Of a stretch of DNA of 60,221 nucleotides, positions 8,503-18,421 are shown piece by piece. A model generated the notes under the pieces. The model searched no databases, was not told where the DNA came from, and saw nothing but the letters and a program-made list of their open reading frames with translations. A program made the translations under genes and the position numbers. Every line of letters begins with the position of its first letter. Within the stretch, counting starts at the first letter, position 1. The stretch comes from Candidatus Omnitrophota bacterium (GTDB taxonomy: Bacteria; Omnitrophota; Gorgyraeia; Zapsychrales; Fredricksoniimonadaceae), in assembly GCA_903860135.1 (NCBI GenBank), contig CAIOPG010000012.1:1-60221 (forward strand). Reading direction: 5' to 3'.

Positions 8503-10607
8503 ATATCCTGCAAGTGCTTCCGGAACTGAATGTCGGTGGAGTTGAACGTGGGACTGTAGACCTGGCTGTTTATCTCCTCGATCACGGGCATGCCTCAGTC
8601 GTTGTTTCTAATGGCGGGTCGATGGTGGCGGCATTGCAGGCGCATGGGGTAAAACATTACAGTCTGCCCGTTCATCGCAAAAACTTCTTTATTGCCTGGC
8701 AGTGCGTCAAAGATCTGCGCCGGATCATCCGTGAGGAAAAGATCGATATTGTTCATGCGCGTTCGCGTGTTCCGGCCTGGATCGCCTGGCTGGCTACCCG
8801 TAAGACCGAGGCGCAATTTGTGACGACATGTCATGGGTATTATTCACAGAATGTGATGAGCCGTATTATGGGCTGGGGTAAGAGGGTCATTGTGATCAGC
8901 GAGGTGGTAGGACGCCACATGATAGATCATTTCGGTGTTCACCCCGAGAACATCCGTCTGATCCCACGCAGTGTCGATCTGGAAAAATTTAAATTCCGCG
9001 CCCGTCAGCCGGGTCGTTCTTCTGTTGTGGTTTCTATCATCGGACGTATAACCCCGCTTAAAGGTCATGCCTATTTTTTGCAGGGCATGGCCAAGGTGAT
9101 CCGGCTTATGCCGTTTGTGCGGGTGCGTGTTATCGGTGATGCGCCATCGTCCAAAAAAGATTATAAGAACAGCCTGTTATTGCTGGTACGGCGGCTGGGA
9201 ATAACCGACAATGTGGAATTTATGGGTAACCGCGCGGATATCCCGGAACTCCTGCAGGATACCGATATCCTGGTTCTTTCTACGGTGACCCAGGAAGCTT
9301 TTGGCCGCGTGTTGATCGAGGCCCAGGCCGTCGGTGTCCCTGTGATCGCCACCAAGGTTGGCGGTGTGGTTGATATTGTGACGCATGAACAGACCGGGTT
9401 ACTCGTCCTGCCTCGGGATCCCGAGGGGATGGCCGTTGCCGTTATGCGTCTCATCAATGATGGCAAGCTTGCTGATGCCATGGCCATTGAAGCCCGGCGT
9501 GGTGTGGAGAAGAAATACACGTTGGAACAAATGGCTTCAAAAACCATTGCTGTTTATGACGAGGTGCGTTCTGCGGCGAGTATCCTTGTTATCAAACTGG
9601 GTGCTGTCGGCGATATTATCCTTTCAAGTCCGGCTTTCAAGGCCCTGCGCCAACAATTCCCCCACGCGCGCATTTACTGCCTGACAGGTCAGCCCGGGGC
9701 AGCGCTGATGCATGGTTGTCCTTATGTGGATGATGTGGTGGTTTATGATCACAAAGGTAAAGATAAAGGACCGTCGGGTTTCTGGCGTATGATCAAAGAA
9801 CTTAACAAGTATCATTTTGATAAGGTGATTGATTTCCAGAATAACACGCGCAGTCATCTCTTGGCGGCCCTGTGCTTCCCGCGTTTTAGTTATGGGTATG
9901 CCAATAAGAAGATGGGACGGCTCCTCACGGATGGCATTCCGGATGATCAAACGCATCTGCCGCCGGTGGCGCATCAATTCCGTATCCTTGAGAAACTCGG
10001 GATCATCTATGATGATGATTTCTTGCTTGAAATGTGGCCTCGCCGCGACGACCATGATTTTGCCCTTAAGCTTTTGCATGATCAGTGGATCGATGAAAAG
10101 AATCATATTATCGTCGGCATCAATATTTCAGCATCGGACCGTTGGCCGTCGAAAAACTGGCCGTTGGCGTCGCTGGCGGAACTTTGCGACCGGCTTGCGG
10201 CCGATGGTATCCGGGTCTTGATCACAGGAATGGATAAAGATCGCGCCCTGGCACGCCAGTTGGCACTGAGAACAAAGTCAAAACCGGCCCTGATCATCGG
10301 CAAAACGAACATCCTTCAATTGGCGGCGCTTGTGGCGCGTTGCCGTGTCTTTATCACACCCGATTCAGCACCACTGCATGTGGCGTCGGCCATGAAAGTC
10401 CCTGTGGTCGCTCTTTTTGGGCCTACGGATCCACGGCGTCATATTCCTCCCGGGAAGGTGTCTGTGTTGACTAAGGAGATGTCTTGTCGTCCGTGCTATC
10501 AGTCCCGATGCCGTATGGCCGTGCAGGCATGCCTTAAAGATATCACCGCTTATGAAGTTTATCTTAAGGTCAAGGAAATCCTCAAGGAGTCTGATCCGGG
10601 CGCATGA
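8499..10607 (+). CDS. fusion protein: GT4 glycosyltransferase (N) plus GT9 heptosyltransferase-like domain (C)
   Basis: N-terminal half: ILQVLPELNVGGVE and EAFGRVLIEAQAVGVPVIAT..GG (GT4/GT1). C-terminal half: ILVIKLGAVGDIILSSPAFKAL and DSAPLHVASAMKVPVVALFGPTDP (GT9). TTG start overlaps the previous stop (TTGA). Confidence 0.8.
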   Translation: MNILQVLPELNVGGVERGTVDLAVYLLDHGHASVVVSNGGSMVAALQAHGVKHYSLPVHRKNFFIAWQCVKDLRRIIREEKIDIVHARSRVPAWIAWLATRKTEAQFVTTCHGYYSQNVMSRIMGWGKRVIVISEVVGRHMIDHFGVHPENIRLIPRSVDLEKFKFRARQPGRSSVVVSIIGRITPLKGHAYFLQGMAKVIRLMPFVRVRVIGDAPSSKKDYKNSLLLLVRRLGITDNVEFMGNRADIPELLQDTDILVLSTVTQEAFGRVLIEAQAVGVPVIATKVGGVVDIVTHEQTGLLVLPRDPEGMAVAVMRLINDGKLADAMAIEARRGVEKKYTLEQMASKTIAVYDEVRSAASILVIKLGAVGDIILSSPAFKALRQQFPHARIYCLTGQPGAALMHGCPYVDDVVVYDHKGKDKGPSGFWRMIKELNKYHFDKVIDFQNNTRSHLLAALCFPRFSYGYANKKMGRLLTDGIPDDQTHLPPVAHQFRILEKLGIIYDDDFLLEMWPRRDDHDFALKLLHDQWIDEKNHIIVGINISASDRWPSKNWPLASLAELCDRLAADGIRVLITGMDKDRALARQLALRTKSKPALIIGKTNILQLAALVARCRVFITPDSAPLHVASAMKVPVVALFGPTDPRRHIPPGKVSVLTKEMSCRPCYQSRCRMAVQACLKDITAYEVYLKVKEILKESDPGA

Positions 10608-11713
10608 AGATCCTTCTATTGGCCAATCATTTCAATGCCGGCGGCATAACAACGTGCCTTTTGACGCTGGGGAAGGAATATATCCGCCGCGGGCATCAGG
10701 TTTATATGGCTACTTCCGGCGGAGGGTGTGTGGCCGACGCGCAAAAAGCGGGGATAGTGCATTTGACTGTTCCTGGCCTGGGCGTAAAATGTGAATGTCA
10801 TCCTTGCCTCGTCATGGCTGTGGCCAGGGTCGTACGTTATGTGCACGATGAAGGCATTGATATTTTACATGCGCATACACGGGTAACACAGATCGTTGCG
10901 GCGGCGGCAGGATTGTTCACCGGTCGGCCGTATGTTTCGACGTGCCACGGTTTCTTCAAGCCGCGTCCTTTGCGATTGTTACTGCCTTTGTGGGGGCGAG
11001 GCGTCATTGCCATCAGTCGTTCTGTCGCTGAGCATCTTGTCCTTGATCTGAAGGTGGCACGCGATCGGGTGGTATTTGTTCCCAACGGCATTGACCCTGT
11101 AAGGTTTAATCCGCCGTCTCTGGCAGAAAGACTGAAAGTCAGGGAATGTTTTGGGTTTGAGGCAGGTGTACCGGTGGTAGGAACCATTGCCCGCCTTTCG
11201 GATGTGAAAGGTCTTGATTATCTTATTAAGGCCATGGATTTATTGCGTCACCGGATATCCGGCGTTCGATGCCTTGTGGCAGGAGAAGGACCCATGGAAG
11301 AAGAGTTGAAGTCCATGGTGCGTGCGTTGGGCTTGGAAACAACGGTTATTTTTATGCGCATGACGGGACGGCCTGAGGCACTCCTGCCGGTCTTTGATGT
11401 GTTTGCCATGCCGTCCCTTCAGGAAGGGCTTGGCCTTTCAGCGATGGAGGCGGCGGCCTGCGGTATCCCTGTGGTGGCATCGCGGGTCGGCGGGCTTGTC
11501 GAAGCTGTGAATGACGGCATAACCGGTTTTCTGGTGCCAGCAAGAGATCATCGGGCGTTGGCAGACGCGTTAGAACGACTGCTTCTGGACAAGGTTCTTG
11601 CCCAAAGGTTGGGTTGTGCGGGACGTGCGCGGATAATGGCTGAATTCTCGGCAGATGTTATGGCCGTAAAAACCCTCGAGGTCTATGGTAAAGCAATTAC
11701 GGCCCATGCGTAA
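10604..11713 (+). CDS. GT4 family glycosyltransferase
   Basis: MKILLLANHFNAGGITT start and EGLGLSAMEAAACGIPVVASRVGGL motif. ATGA overlap with the upstream gene. Confidence 0.85.
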   Translation: MKILLLANHFNAGGITTCLLTLGKEYIRRGHQVYMATSGGGCVADAQKAGIVHLTVPGLGVKCECHPCLVMAVARVVRYVHDEGIDILHAHTRVTQIVAAAAGLFTGRPYVSTCHGFFKPRPLRLLLPLWGRGVIAISRSVAEHLVLDLKVARDRVVFVPNGIDPVRFNPPSLAERLKVRECFGFEAGVPVVGTIARLSDVKGLDYLIKAMDLLRHRISGVRCLVAGEGPMEEELKSMVRALGLETTVIFMRMTGRPEALLPVFDVFAMPSLQEGLGLSAMEAAACGIPVVASRVGGLVEAVNDGITGFLVPARDHRALADALERLLLDKVLAQRLGCAGRARIMAEFSADVMAVKTLEVYGKAITAHA

Positions 11714-12722
11714 CATCGTTGTTATTTCCGTCAACTGGATCGGTGATGTTGTTTTCTCAACGCCTGTGTACCGGGCGTTGAAAACAGCATACCCTGGCGT
11801 ACGCTTAACGGCACTGGCCGTGCCCAGGGTGAAAGAGGTGCTCGAGCTGTGCCCGGATGTGGATGAGGTTGTTGTTTATAACGAGGCCCGTCAAGGCGGC
11901 GGTCTTGTTCCCATGCTCAGCGCGGCAGGGGCCTTGCGCCGCCGGCATTTTGATGCCGCCTTTATCCTGCGGCGTTCTTTGTCGCGCTCCTGGATTACCC
12001 GCCTGGCCGGTATTCCTGTCAGGGTTGGTTTCGGTGCCCGAGGTTGGGGAGGTTTATTGACCCATACAGCGGATGATACGGGCTTGGACGTTATCCATCG
12101 CAGTGATGCCTACCTCAGGGTGGTCGAAGCTTTCGGTATCAAGGTGGCAGAGCGGTCTTCGCGCCTTGCCGTAGGGCGTGACACCTGCGAACGTGTCGCG
12201 GCTCTTTTGCGTGGACATGGATTAAAAGGCGATGAACGTATTGTTGTTATGCATACAGGTGGGAACTGGGGGCTCAAGCAGTGGCCGGCGTCGCGCTTTG
12301 CCGCCTTAACGGCCCGGTTGACGCAGGAGTTGGGTTTAAAAGTCGTCCTTTCTGGCGCATGGTCGGATGTTGAACGTGTGCGTGCGATCGCCTTGGAATC
12401 GGGGGTTGCTCCGCTTGTGTTGGCGGGTGAGACCGGATTGAAAGAACTGGCGGCGCTTTTCAAACGTGCCTATATGGTGGTATCCGCAGATTCCGGGCCT
12501 TTGCATGTGGCCAGTGCGGTGGGGGCGAATGTGGTGGGACTTTTCGGCCCAACGACGCCAGAGATCACCGGCCCTCGCGGGCAGGGGCGTATCAGGGTTT
12601 TGACCCGTGACACGCGATGCAATCGCGCGCCCTGTTATTACCTGGAGTGTCCGGATAATCGCTGTATGAAAGCATTGACGGTCGACGATGTTCTTCAAAC
12701 TTTCCAGATCCTTAAAAGTTAA
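11706..12722 (+). CDS. GT9 family glycosyltransferase (LPS heptosyltransferase-like)
   Basis: IVVISVNWIGDVVFSTPVYRALK and DSGPLHVASAVGANVVGLFGPTTP. I chose the ATG at 11706; the track ORF starts at 11685. Confidence 0.8.
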   Translation: MRNIVVISVNWIGDVVFSTPVYRALKTAYPGVRLTALAVPRVKEVLELCPDVDEVVVYNEARQGGGLVPMLSAAGALRRRHFDAAFILRRSLSRSWITRLAGIPVRVGFGARGWGGLLTHTADDTGLDVIHRSDAYLRVVEAFGIKVAERSSRLAVGRDTCERVAALLRGHGLKGDERIVVMHTGGNWGLKQWPASRFAALTARLTQELGLKVVLSGAWSDVERVRAIALESGVAPLVLAGETGLKELAALFKRAYMVVSADSGPLHVASAVGANVVGLFGPTTPEITGPRGQGRIRVLTRDTRCNRAPCYYLECPDNRCMKALTVDDVLQTFQILKS

Positions 12723-13635
12723 CCGCGTCTTGCTGATATCACTGAGCAATATCGGTGATGTCGTCATGACTTTTCCAGTCTTTGATGCCCTTGGGACTGC
12801 GTTCCCGGATGCCGCCATCGACGTTGTTGTGGGGCCTAAAGCGGTGGCTTTCTTTAAAGGCAACCCGTATCTCTCTAGGCTTATTCCTTTTAATAAACGT
12901 ATGCTGCCGCTTGAAACCCTTCAGTGGCTTGCAGAGCTTCGACGCACACATTTCGATCTTGTCATTGATCTGCGCAATACGTTTTTCCCTTTTCTGATTA
13001 GGGCAAAGACGGTGACCAGCCCTTTCTTTCATCCCGATAGAATGCATATGAAAGATAAACATCTTGCGCGATTAACACATGTGCTGGGAAAGCCAGCTTC
13101 CTTTTCTGCCCGTCGTGCCATTGTTCTGGCATCAGAAGACAAGCTTTCTGTGAAGAAATTGCTCGGTGGCTGGCAGGATTATGTTGTTATAGCACCCGGT
13201 GCGGCTGATGCCCGCAAGCGTTGGATGGAGGCAGGGTTCGCGGCTTTGCTGGAATATTTCCATGAACGCGGGCAAGCTGTCGTGTTTGTAGGGGACAAGG
13301 CTGACCGCCTGATCGCCGACAGATTAATGCCGCGTGTGTCCGGCGGTGTTTTGAACCTTTGCGGTCAGACAACGCTCCTTGAACTGGCCGGGATACTGGA
13401 AAACGCCGCTCTTGCGCTGGTCAATGATAGCGGCATTATGCATCTGGCAAGTTATCTGGACAGGCCTGTTCTTGCTTTATTCGGGCCAACAGATCCGTTC
13501 CTTTATGGCCCTTGGGGTTCTTGCCGTGGTGTGTTGCGTCAAGGAACGGTTATGGAAGCCATCCAACCAACGGACGTTGTGGCGGCTCTGCGGTCATTGC
13601 ATTTAAATCTGGACACCGGTCCTGTTTTAGGTTAA
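12688..13635 (+). CDS. GT9 family glycosyltransferase (LPS heptosyltransferase-like)
   Basis: VLLISLSNIGDVVMTFPVFDAL and DSGIMHLASYLDRPVLALFGPTDP. Confidence 0.8.
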   Translation: MFFKLSRSLKVNRVLLISLSNIGDVVMTFPVFDALGTAFPDAAIDVVVGPKAVAFFKGNPYLSRLIPFNKRMLPLETLQWLAELRRTHFDLVIDLRNTFFPFLIRAKTVTSPFFHPDRMHMKDKHLARLTHVLGKPASFSARRAIVLASEDKLSVKKLLGGWQDYVVIAPGAADARKRWMEAGFAALLEYFHERGQAVVFVGDKADRLIADRLMPRVSGGVLNLCGQTTLLELAGILENAALALVNDSGIMHLASYLDRPVLALFGPTDPFLYGPWGSCRGVLRQGTVMEAIQPTDVVAALRSLHLNLDTGPVLG

Positions 13636-13701
13636 GGTTTTGCAAGTTTGTTAATGCTAACCAATAATTACGGCATCCTTTTTGATTAAAGGTAGCTTCA
13701 G

Positions 13702-14760
13702 ATGACACAAGCTGGGTCCTCCCAAAACTTTTCCCGTATTTTAATTATCCGTGCTGACAGGATAGGCGATACGGTGTTATCCACGCCAGTTATCGAGGCC
13801 ATGAGGACGGCCTATCCTTCGGCACATATTGCCGTGATGGTTCAAACCTATGTTAAAGATGTCGTTGCGAACAATCCCTTCCTGAATGAAATCATCATTT
13901 ACAACAAGAAGCAGGTCGAAGGCGACTGGCTGGGTTTTTCTCAGTTCGCGTGGGAAATAAGAAAAAAGAAGTTCGACCTTGCCTTGATCCTTCATCCGAC
14001 GAATATTGTTCATTCCCTTGCTTTCCTCGCTGGCATACCGCGCAGGGTCGGGTACGACCGCAAGATGGCTTTTCTTCTGACGGACACGATCAAAGATACC
14101 AAACACCTCGGGCAGAAGCATGAAATGGAGTATGTCCTGGATCTGGTGCGGCATCTGGGGATCGATCCTGTGCATCACGGGCCGTATGCGCCTTTGGACG
14201 CACGTTCTGAGCAATGGGCGGATGAATTATTGAGCAAGTACGGGCTGACACCCCAGGACAAGATATTGGCGTTGCATCCGGGAACCAGTTGCCGTTCCAA
14301 AATGTGGCCTGCGGCGTATTTTGCGGGAGCGGCCGATGAACTTGTCCGGCGTGAAGGCTTCAAGGTTTTGGTTCTGGGCGGGCCTGATGAAAAAGGAATA
14401 ACACAGGATGTTGTGCGGCGTATGTCTGCACCAGCCATTGAACTGGCCGGCATTTCTGTGAGCCAGGATACCAGTATCCTTAAACGATGCCAGCTGTTGC
14501 TCACAACCGATTGCGGGATCATGCATATCGCGGCGGCGCTGGGGGTTCCCCTTGTTGTTATTTTTGGAAGAAAACAGCCCGGGATCAGCCCGATCCGGTT
14601 CGGCCCCGTGAGCAAGCAAGGCCGGGTGTTGCATAAAGACGTTGGGTGTAGGCAATGCCTTGCCCATGAATGCACCAGGGGTTTTGCCTGCCTGCAGGCT
14701 GTGCGTGTGGACGAAGTGGTTGACGCGGCACAAGCGCTCCTCAAGGAGCCACATGCCTGA
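13702..14760 (+). CDS. GT9 family glycosyltransferase (LPS heptosyltransferase-like)
   Basis: ILIIRADRIGDTVLSTPVIEAMR and DCGIMHIAAALGVPLVVIFG. Confidence 0.8.
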   Translation: MTQAGSSQNFSRILIIRADRIGDTVLSTPVIEAMRTAYPSAHIAVMVQTYVKDVVANNPFLNEIIIYNKKQVEGDWLGFSQFAWEIRKKKFDLALILHPTNIVHSLAFLAGIPRRVGYDRKMAFLLTDTIKDTKHLGQKHEMEYVLDLVRHLGIDPVHHGPYAPLDARSEQWADELLSKYGLTPQDKILALHPGTSCRSKMWPAAYFAGAADELVRREGFKVLVLGGPDEKGITQDVVRRMSAPAIELAGISVSQDTSILKRCQLLLTTDCGIMHIAAALGVPLVVIFGRKQPGISPIRFGPVSKQGRVLHKDVGCRQCLAHECTRGFACLQAVRVDEVVDAAQALLKEPHA

Positions 14761-16174
14761 ACAAAGCCAATCATTCACACGCGAGGCGATCGCCTCGCTT
14801 TGCGCGCAGGCGGTGCATCCGGATGAAGTTGTCAGTAATACTGCGGTGCGCCGTTTATTCGCCGAGGTTGTCGAGGTTCTCAACGATTCTTTCTTGCCCA
14901 GCCGCGCGGCGCTTTACGACAAGATATTCACCCAAGTCATTAATCATTGCCGGCATCTTCCTGAAGGGAAGGGCCTTGATGAGCTTTTAAAGCGTTTTGA
15001 TATCACCGATGAACGTACCATGTTGGCCAGAAAGAAAAAGATACAGGCCGTAGCGGTCTTCTCGCCGACGGTGTTGAAGAAAGTCCGCAAGATCTGTGTC
15101 CTGTCGCGTGTGACGATCGGGGCTGATGTTGCTGTTACCGGTGTTGTCTTGCGCAAGTTGATGACTGTTTTTCCCGGCGTCAGCATCACCCTGATCGGAC
15201 CGAACAAGCTGGCCGAGGTGTTCGGTGGGCATCCTGATATCAGGATCAAGGATGTGCCGTATGCCCGTCGTGGCGGACTGCTGGGGCGGCTTTATGCCTG
15301 GGTCGACCTTGTGTCGATCATTGATGCAGAAAAGCAAGACCTGGAGCCGGAAGAGTTCCTGGTCATTGACCCTGATTCTCGCCTGACCCAGTTGGGGCTT
15401 TTGCCGGTTGTGCCGGAGGATCGAGGGTATTATTTCTTTCCGAGTAGGACGTATACCAACGGGCAGGCAAGTTCTATGGGTGCGCTGACCGCCTGCTGGC
15501 TTGAGGATATCTTTGGGGGTGGCAACAAGAAAATATATCCCGGAATATTTATTAATCAGGATGTGCTGGCGCTGGGCAAGACCTGCGCGCAGAAGCTTTC
15601 CTTGTCAGGCCAACGCCCAGTTGTCAGCATCAACTTTGGTGTTGGCGGCAATGAGAACAAAAGGGTTTCTTCCGTTTTCGAGGAGTGCCTTGTGGCCGCT
15701 ATTATCCAGCTGGGCGCGGCTGTTATCCTGGACAAAGGGTTTGGCAGTGAAGTCGCGCTGACCGATGCCATGCTCGCACGACTGAAATCAAAAGGCTTGG
15801 CTGTTCTTGAGGTCGACCCAGGGAATATTCAGGAGTTATCCCGGCAAAAATCCTTAACATACGATGTTCTGACGTGGGAGGGCGGTATCGGCGTTTTTAG
15901 TGCCATGATCGCGGCCAGTGATGTTTATATCGGTTATGATTCCGGTTTTCAGCACATTGCCGCGGCGCAGGGCATTGCGGTGATCGATGTCCTTATCGGT
16001 GCGGCATCGCCATTATTCGCCCGGCGCTGGACGCCTTACGGAAGGAATAATGTCCTGGTTATCCGTGGCTCACGGGGGCGGCGTGCCCAGCCGTATTCAG
16101 AGGCGATCCTAACCCAGATCACGGCATATCTGGGTAGAAAGTTATTGGCTAAAAATAATAAAAGTAATTCTTGA
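14753..16174 (+). CDS. divergent GT9-like glycosyltransferase with ~125-aa N-terminal extension
   Basis: ICVLSRVTIGADVAVTGVVLRKL and GYDSGFQHIAAAQGIAVIDV resemble the two GT9 signature regions. The ATG at 14753 overlaps the upstream stop (ATGCCTGA). The track ORF start at 14642 lies inside the previous gene. Confidence 0.6.
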   Translation: MPEQSQSFTREAIASLCAQAVHPDEVVSNTAVRRLFAEVVEVLNDSFLPSRAALYDKIFTQVINHCRHLPEGKGLDELLKRFDITDERTMLARKKKIQAVAVFSPTVLKKVRKICVLSRVTIGADVAVTGVVLRKLMTVFPGVSITLIGPNKLAEVFGGHPDIRIKDVPYARRGGLLGRLYAWVDLVSIIDAEKQDLEPEEFLVIDPDSRLTQLGLLPVVPEDRGYYFFPSRTYTNGQASSMGALTACWLEDIFGGGNKKIYPGIFINQDVLALGKTCAQKLSLSGQRPVVSINFGVGGNENKRVSSVFEECLVAAIIQLGAAVILDKGFGSEVALTDAMLARLKSKGLAVLEVDPGNIQELSRQKSLTYDVLTWEGGIGVFSAMIAASDVYIGYDSGFQHIAAAQGIAVIDVLIGAASPLFARRWTPYGRNNVLVIRGSRGRRAQPYSEAILTQITAYLGRKLLAKNNKSNS

Positions 16175-16177
16175 AAT

Positions 16178-16206
16178 TTGACATCATGCCGTTGGTATGT
16201 TATATT
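16178..16206 (+). promoter_or_regulatory. sigma70-like promoter upstream of the secreted-protein locus
   Basis: TTGACA (16178-16183), 17-nt spacer, TATATT (16201-16206). It sits in the 60-nt AT-rich gap between the LPS block and the 16235 gene. Confidence 0.55.
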
Positions 16207-16234
16207 TCAATTAACTCAATAAATAATAGAAAAA

Positions 16235-17593
16235 ATGTTAAAAACACTACTCACACTTTTTTTCGTGGTTTCGATGGTTTCTACATCTTTGGCGGCTGTC
16301 ACGTTAAGTGTGACACCGCTCGATGGTAGCAACAGTTTACGTCTTGATAATGTTACGGCTGGCCTGAATAATCGTAAAGAGATTCGTGTTCAGGTGGCTT
16401 CAACAGATGGTAACCGTTACCAGGTTTTTCAGCGATTGGTCGAGCCACTGATCAATGAAAAGGGTATGGCACTTGATAGCCAAGCGATTGAAACAGCGTC
16501 TTATAATAATACAAATTCTTCAGGTACGCTTTATTTGCAGAACGTTGAACGTGTCAATTTGAGCGAACAGCATCTTTATTCATCCGGGCAGGGTGGCGAC
16601 AGCGATTCGTTCATCATGGGATATTCTATTCGACCGGATCAGGTCGTTGAGGGCGGGCATTACACAGGAAGGCTGGTTTTTATCGTTCGGGCCGTAGGCA
16701 GTGATGCTCAGGATCAGGTGATTGTGAATGTTTCGCTTGAAAGTCAGTCCGTACGGGTGATCAAGGTTGCCGGCGCACATGTGGATGATCGTGTTACAAT
16801 TAAAGATACAGATAATTATAAAACTTTGACAGATTATGTCAAAGTTGCATTTTCAGGCAATGATCGTGATATTCGGATTTATCAGGAGTTTTCATCGTGG
16901 CCTAAAAATGTTAGGGGTGATGAGCTGGGACAGGGGCTTTTGCAGTTTAATGTGTCAAGTCTTTCCACTGATAATGCTATGGATCAAGGTGCGGTTGTGG
17001 CGGGTTTGGACAGGGTTCTTATTTATTCAGGATCGGCGCGTGCAAATGAAATAGCGGTGGCGTGGGTGATCGATCCTGAAAAGGTCAAGGGGCAGGATAC
17101 AGGATCTTATGAGGGAAAGCTGAAATATGTAGTGGAATCATCCGATGGACGCGAAGAATTTTTTGTTAACCTTGAATGTATTATTCAACCAGTTTTCACG
17201 ATCACGGTCGATGTTCCTCCTGGCGGGGTTAATTTTGGCAAGATTTTACCCAACAGCCCTGCTCAAGAGAAATCTGTTGATGTGATCGTTAATTCAAATC
17301 TTAAGAAGCCGTACCAGGTAGTTCAGGGGCTACAGGCGGCTATGACCAACCAGAAAGGAGAGCAGATCAATAATAAATATTTGATGATGAAGGTGGAGTT
17401 GCCGGCAGGACAAAAAGGACAGCCCAGATTCACGGAATTCACCCCTGTAGAGACCGCTGAATATCCAGTTTTTCTTTCCGATGCGCAGGGCAGTCCGGTG
17501 TCTTTTAAAGTTATATATAGTTTACAAGGGTACCCGGGGGTTATGCCTGGGGATTTTCTGGCACCTGTCAGGTTCAGCCTGCAGGAAAACTAA
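16235..17593 (+). CDS. secreted three-domain protein, putative fibre/tip subunit
   Basis: Sec signal peptide MLKTLLTLFFVVSMVSTSLAAV. Three ~140-150-aa internal repeats each carry a [RP]YQV.Q.L...N.KG-like motif. Each ends in a G.Y.G.L-type strand: GGHYTGRLVFIV, TGSYEGKLKYVV, PGDFLAPVRFSL. Confidence 0.6.
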   Translation: MLKTLLTLFFVVSMVSTSLAAVTLSVTPLDGSNSLRLDNVTAGLNNRKEIRVQVASTDGNRYQVFQRLVEPLINEKGMALDSQAIETASYNNTNSSGTLYLQNVERVNLSEQHLYSSGQGGDSDSFIMGYSIRPDQVVEGGHYTGRLVFIVRAVGSDAQDQVIVNVSLESQSVRVIKVAGAHVDDRVTIKDTDNYKTLTDYVKVAFSGNDRDIRIYQEFSSWPKNVRGDELGQGLLQFNVSSLSTDNAMDQGAVVAGLDRVLIYSGSARANEIAVAWVIDPEKVKGQDTGSYEGKLKYVVESSDGREEFFVNLECIIQPVFTITVDVPPGGVNFGKILPNSPAQEKSVDVIVNSNLKKPYQVVQGLQAAMTNQKGEQINNKYLMMKVELPAGQKGQPRFTEFTPVETAEYPVFLSDAQGSPVSFKVIYSLQGYPGVMPGDFLAPVRFSLQEN

Positions 17594-17608
17594 AAAAAGG
17601 AGAATGTT

Positions 17609-18304
17609 ATGAAGAGGATAATGGGGTTAATAGCAACAGCCGTATTTGTGGTAGGGGTTGCCGGGTCAGCGCATGCTATTGTCGCGACGGACACTTTTTC
17701 GCTCACGGCGACCATGCAGGCAGTTTCATCGATTAGTATGAGTGTTAATTCGGTTGATTCAGCCACATCGAAGATTTGGACACCCGTAACAGTCACGGGA
17801 GGAGCTGCAGCGTTGAGTTTCGATCCTATGTCATATAAAACGTTCTATGATACCGTTGATCCAACAAAGGTAGTTGGTAATGCATGGCTTCCCGATCATT
17901 TTTTTGCCATTGATATTGGTTCTCAGGGTTCTGTAACTAACTATACCGTTGCGGTGAAATATGCCGAAACCAATGCGGATAATCCAAACTTTGCTGCGGG
18001 TGGTCATGGTTTGGGTTGGAAATCGACCGTAACGTTTATGCAGGAAACAGGTACTGCTGAAAATGCGATTGTAAGGCATGGTGGCGCGGGCAAGATGTTG
18101 CTTAAAGACATTGCTTTGACAGGAGCTACCGGTCAAGTTGTTACAAAAGCTGATGTAGGTTCCGGTTGGTTAAGATTGTATGTTGGTATCGTGGCTAAGG
18201 CTACGACAGGCATTGCGGATCCGGCGGCAGGCGAAGTGTTCACCAATGCGGATGCTGCTGGTGCTTATAAGGGCACACTGACAATTGTTGCAACAATGAC
18301 CTGA
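17609..18304 (+). CDS. secreted protein, putative major fibre subunit (paralogue A)
   Basis: Strong RBS (AAGGAG) and signal peptide ...VAGSAHA. Shares blocks with the 18422 gene: GHGLGWKSTVTFM, HGG.GKMLLKD, GEVFTN.D..G.Y.G.LTI.AT. Followed by a strong hairpin terminator. Confidence 0.6.
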   Translation: MKRIMGLIATAVFVVGVAGSAHAIVATDTFSLTATMQAVSSISMSVNSVDSATSKIWTPVTVTGGAAALSFDPMSYKTFYDTVDPTKVVGNAWLPDHFFAIDIGSQGSVTNYTVAVKYAETNADNPNFAAGGHGLGWKSTVTFMQETGTAENAIVRHGGAGKMLLKDIALTGATGQVVTKADVGSGWLRLYVGIVAKATTGIADPAAGEVFTNADAAGAYKGTLTIVATMT

Positions 18305-18325
18305 TTAGTGTTGGTTTGATTTCTC

Positions 18326-18393
18326 CGGACACAGCCAGACGATAGTCTTTCTTGGCTTGGAAAGTATCGCTGGCTGTGTCCGTTAGGTTTTTT
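18326..18393 (+). terminator. intrinsic terminator/attenuator hairpin between the two paralogous subunit genes
   Basis: Long near-perfect inverted repeat CGGACACAGCCAG.CGATA..CTTTC / GAAAG.TATCG.CTGGCTGTGTCCG (18326-18382), followed by a T-run at 18388-18393. Confidence 0.7.
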
Positions 18394-18421
18394 AAAACTA
18401 AAATCATACTTTCAGGATACT

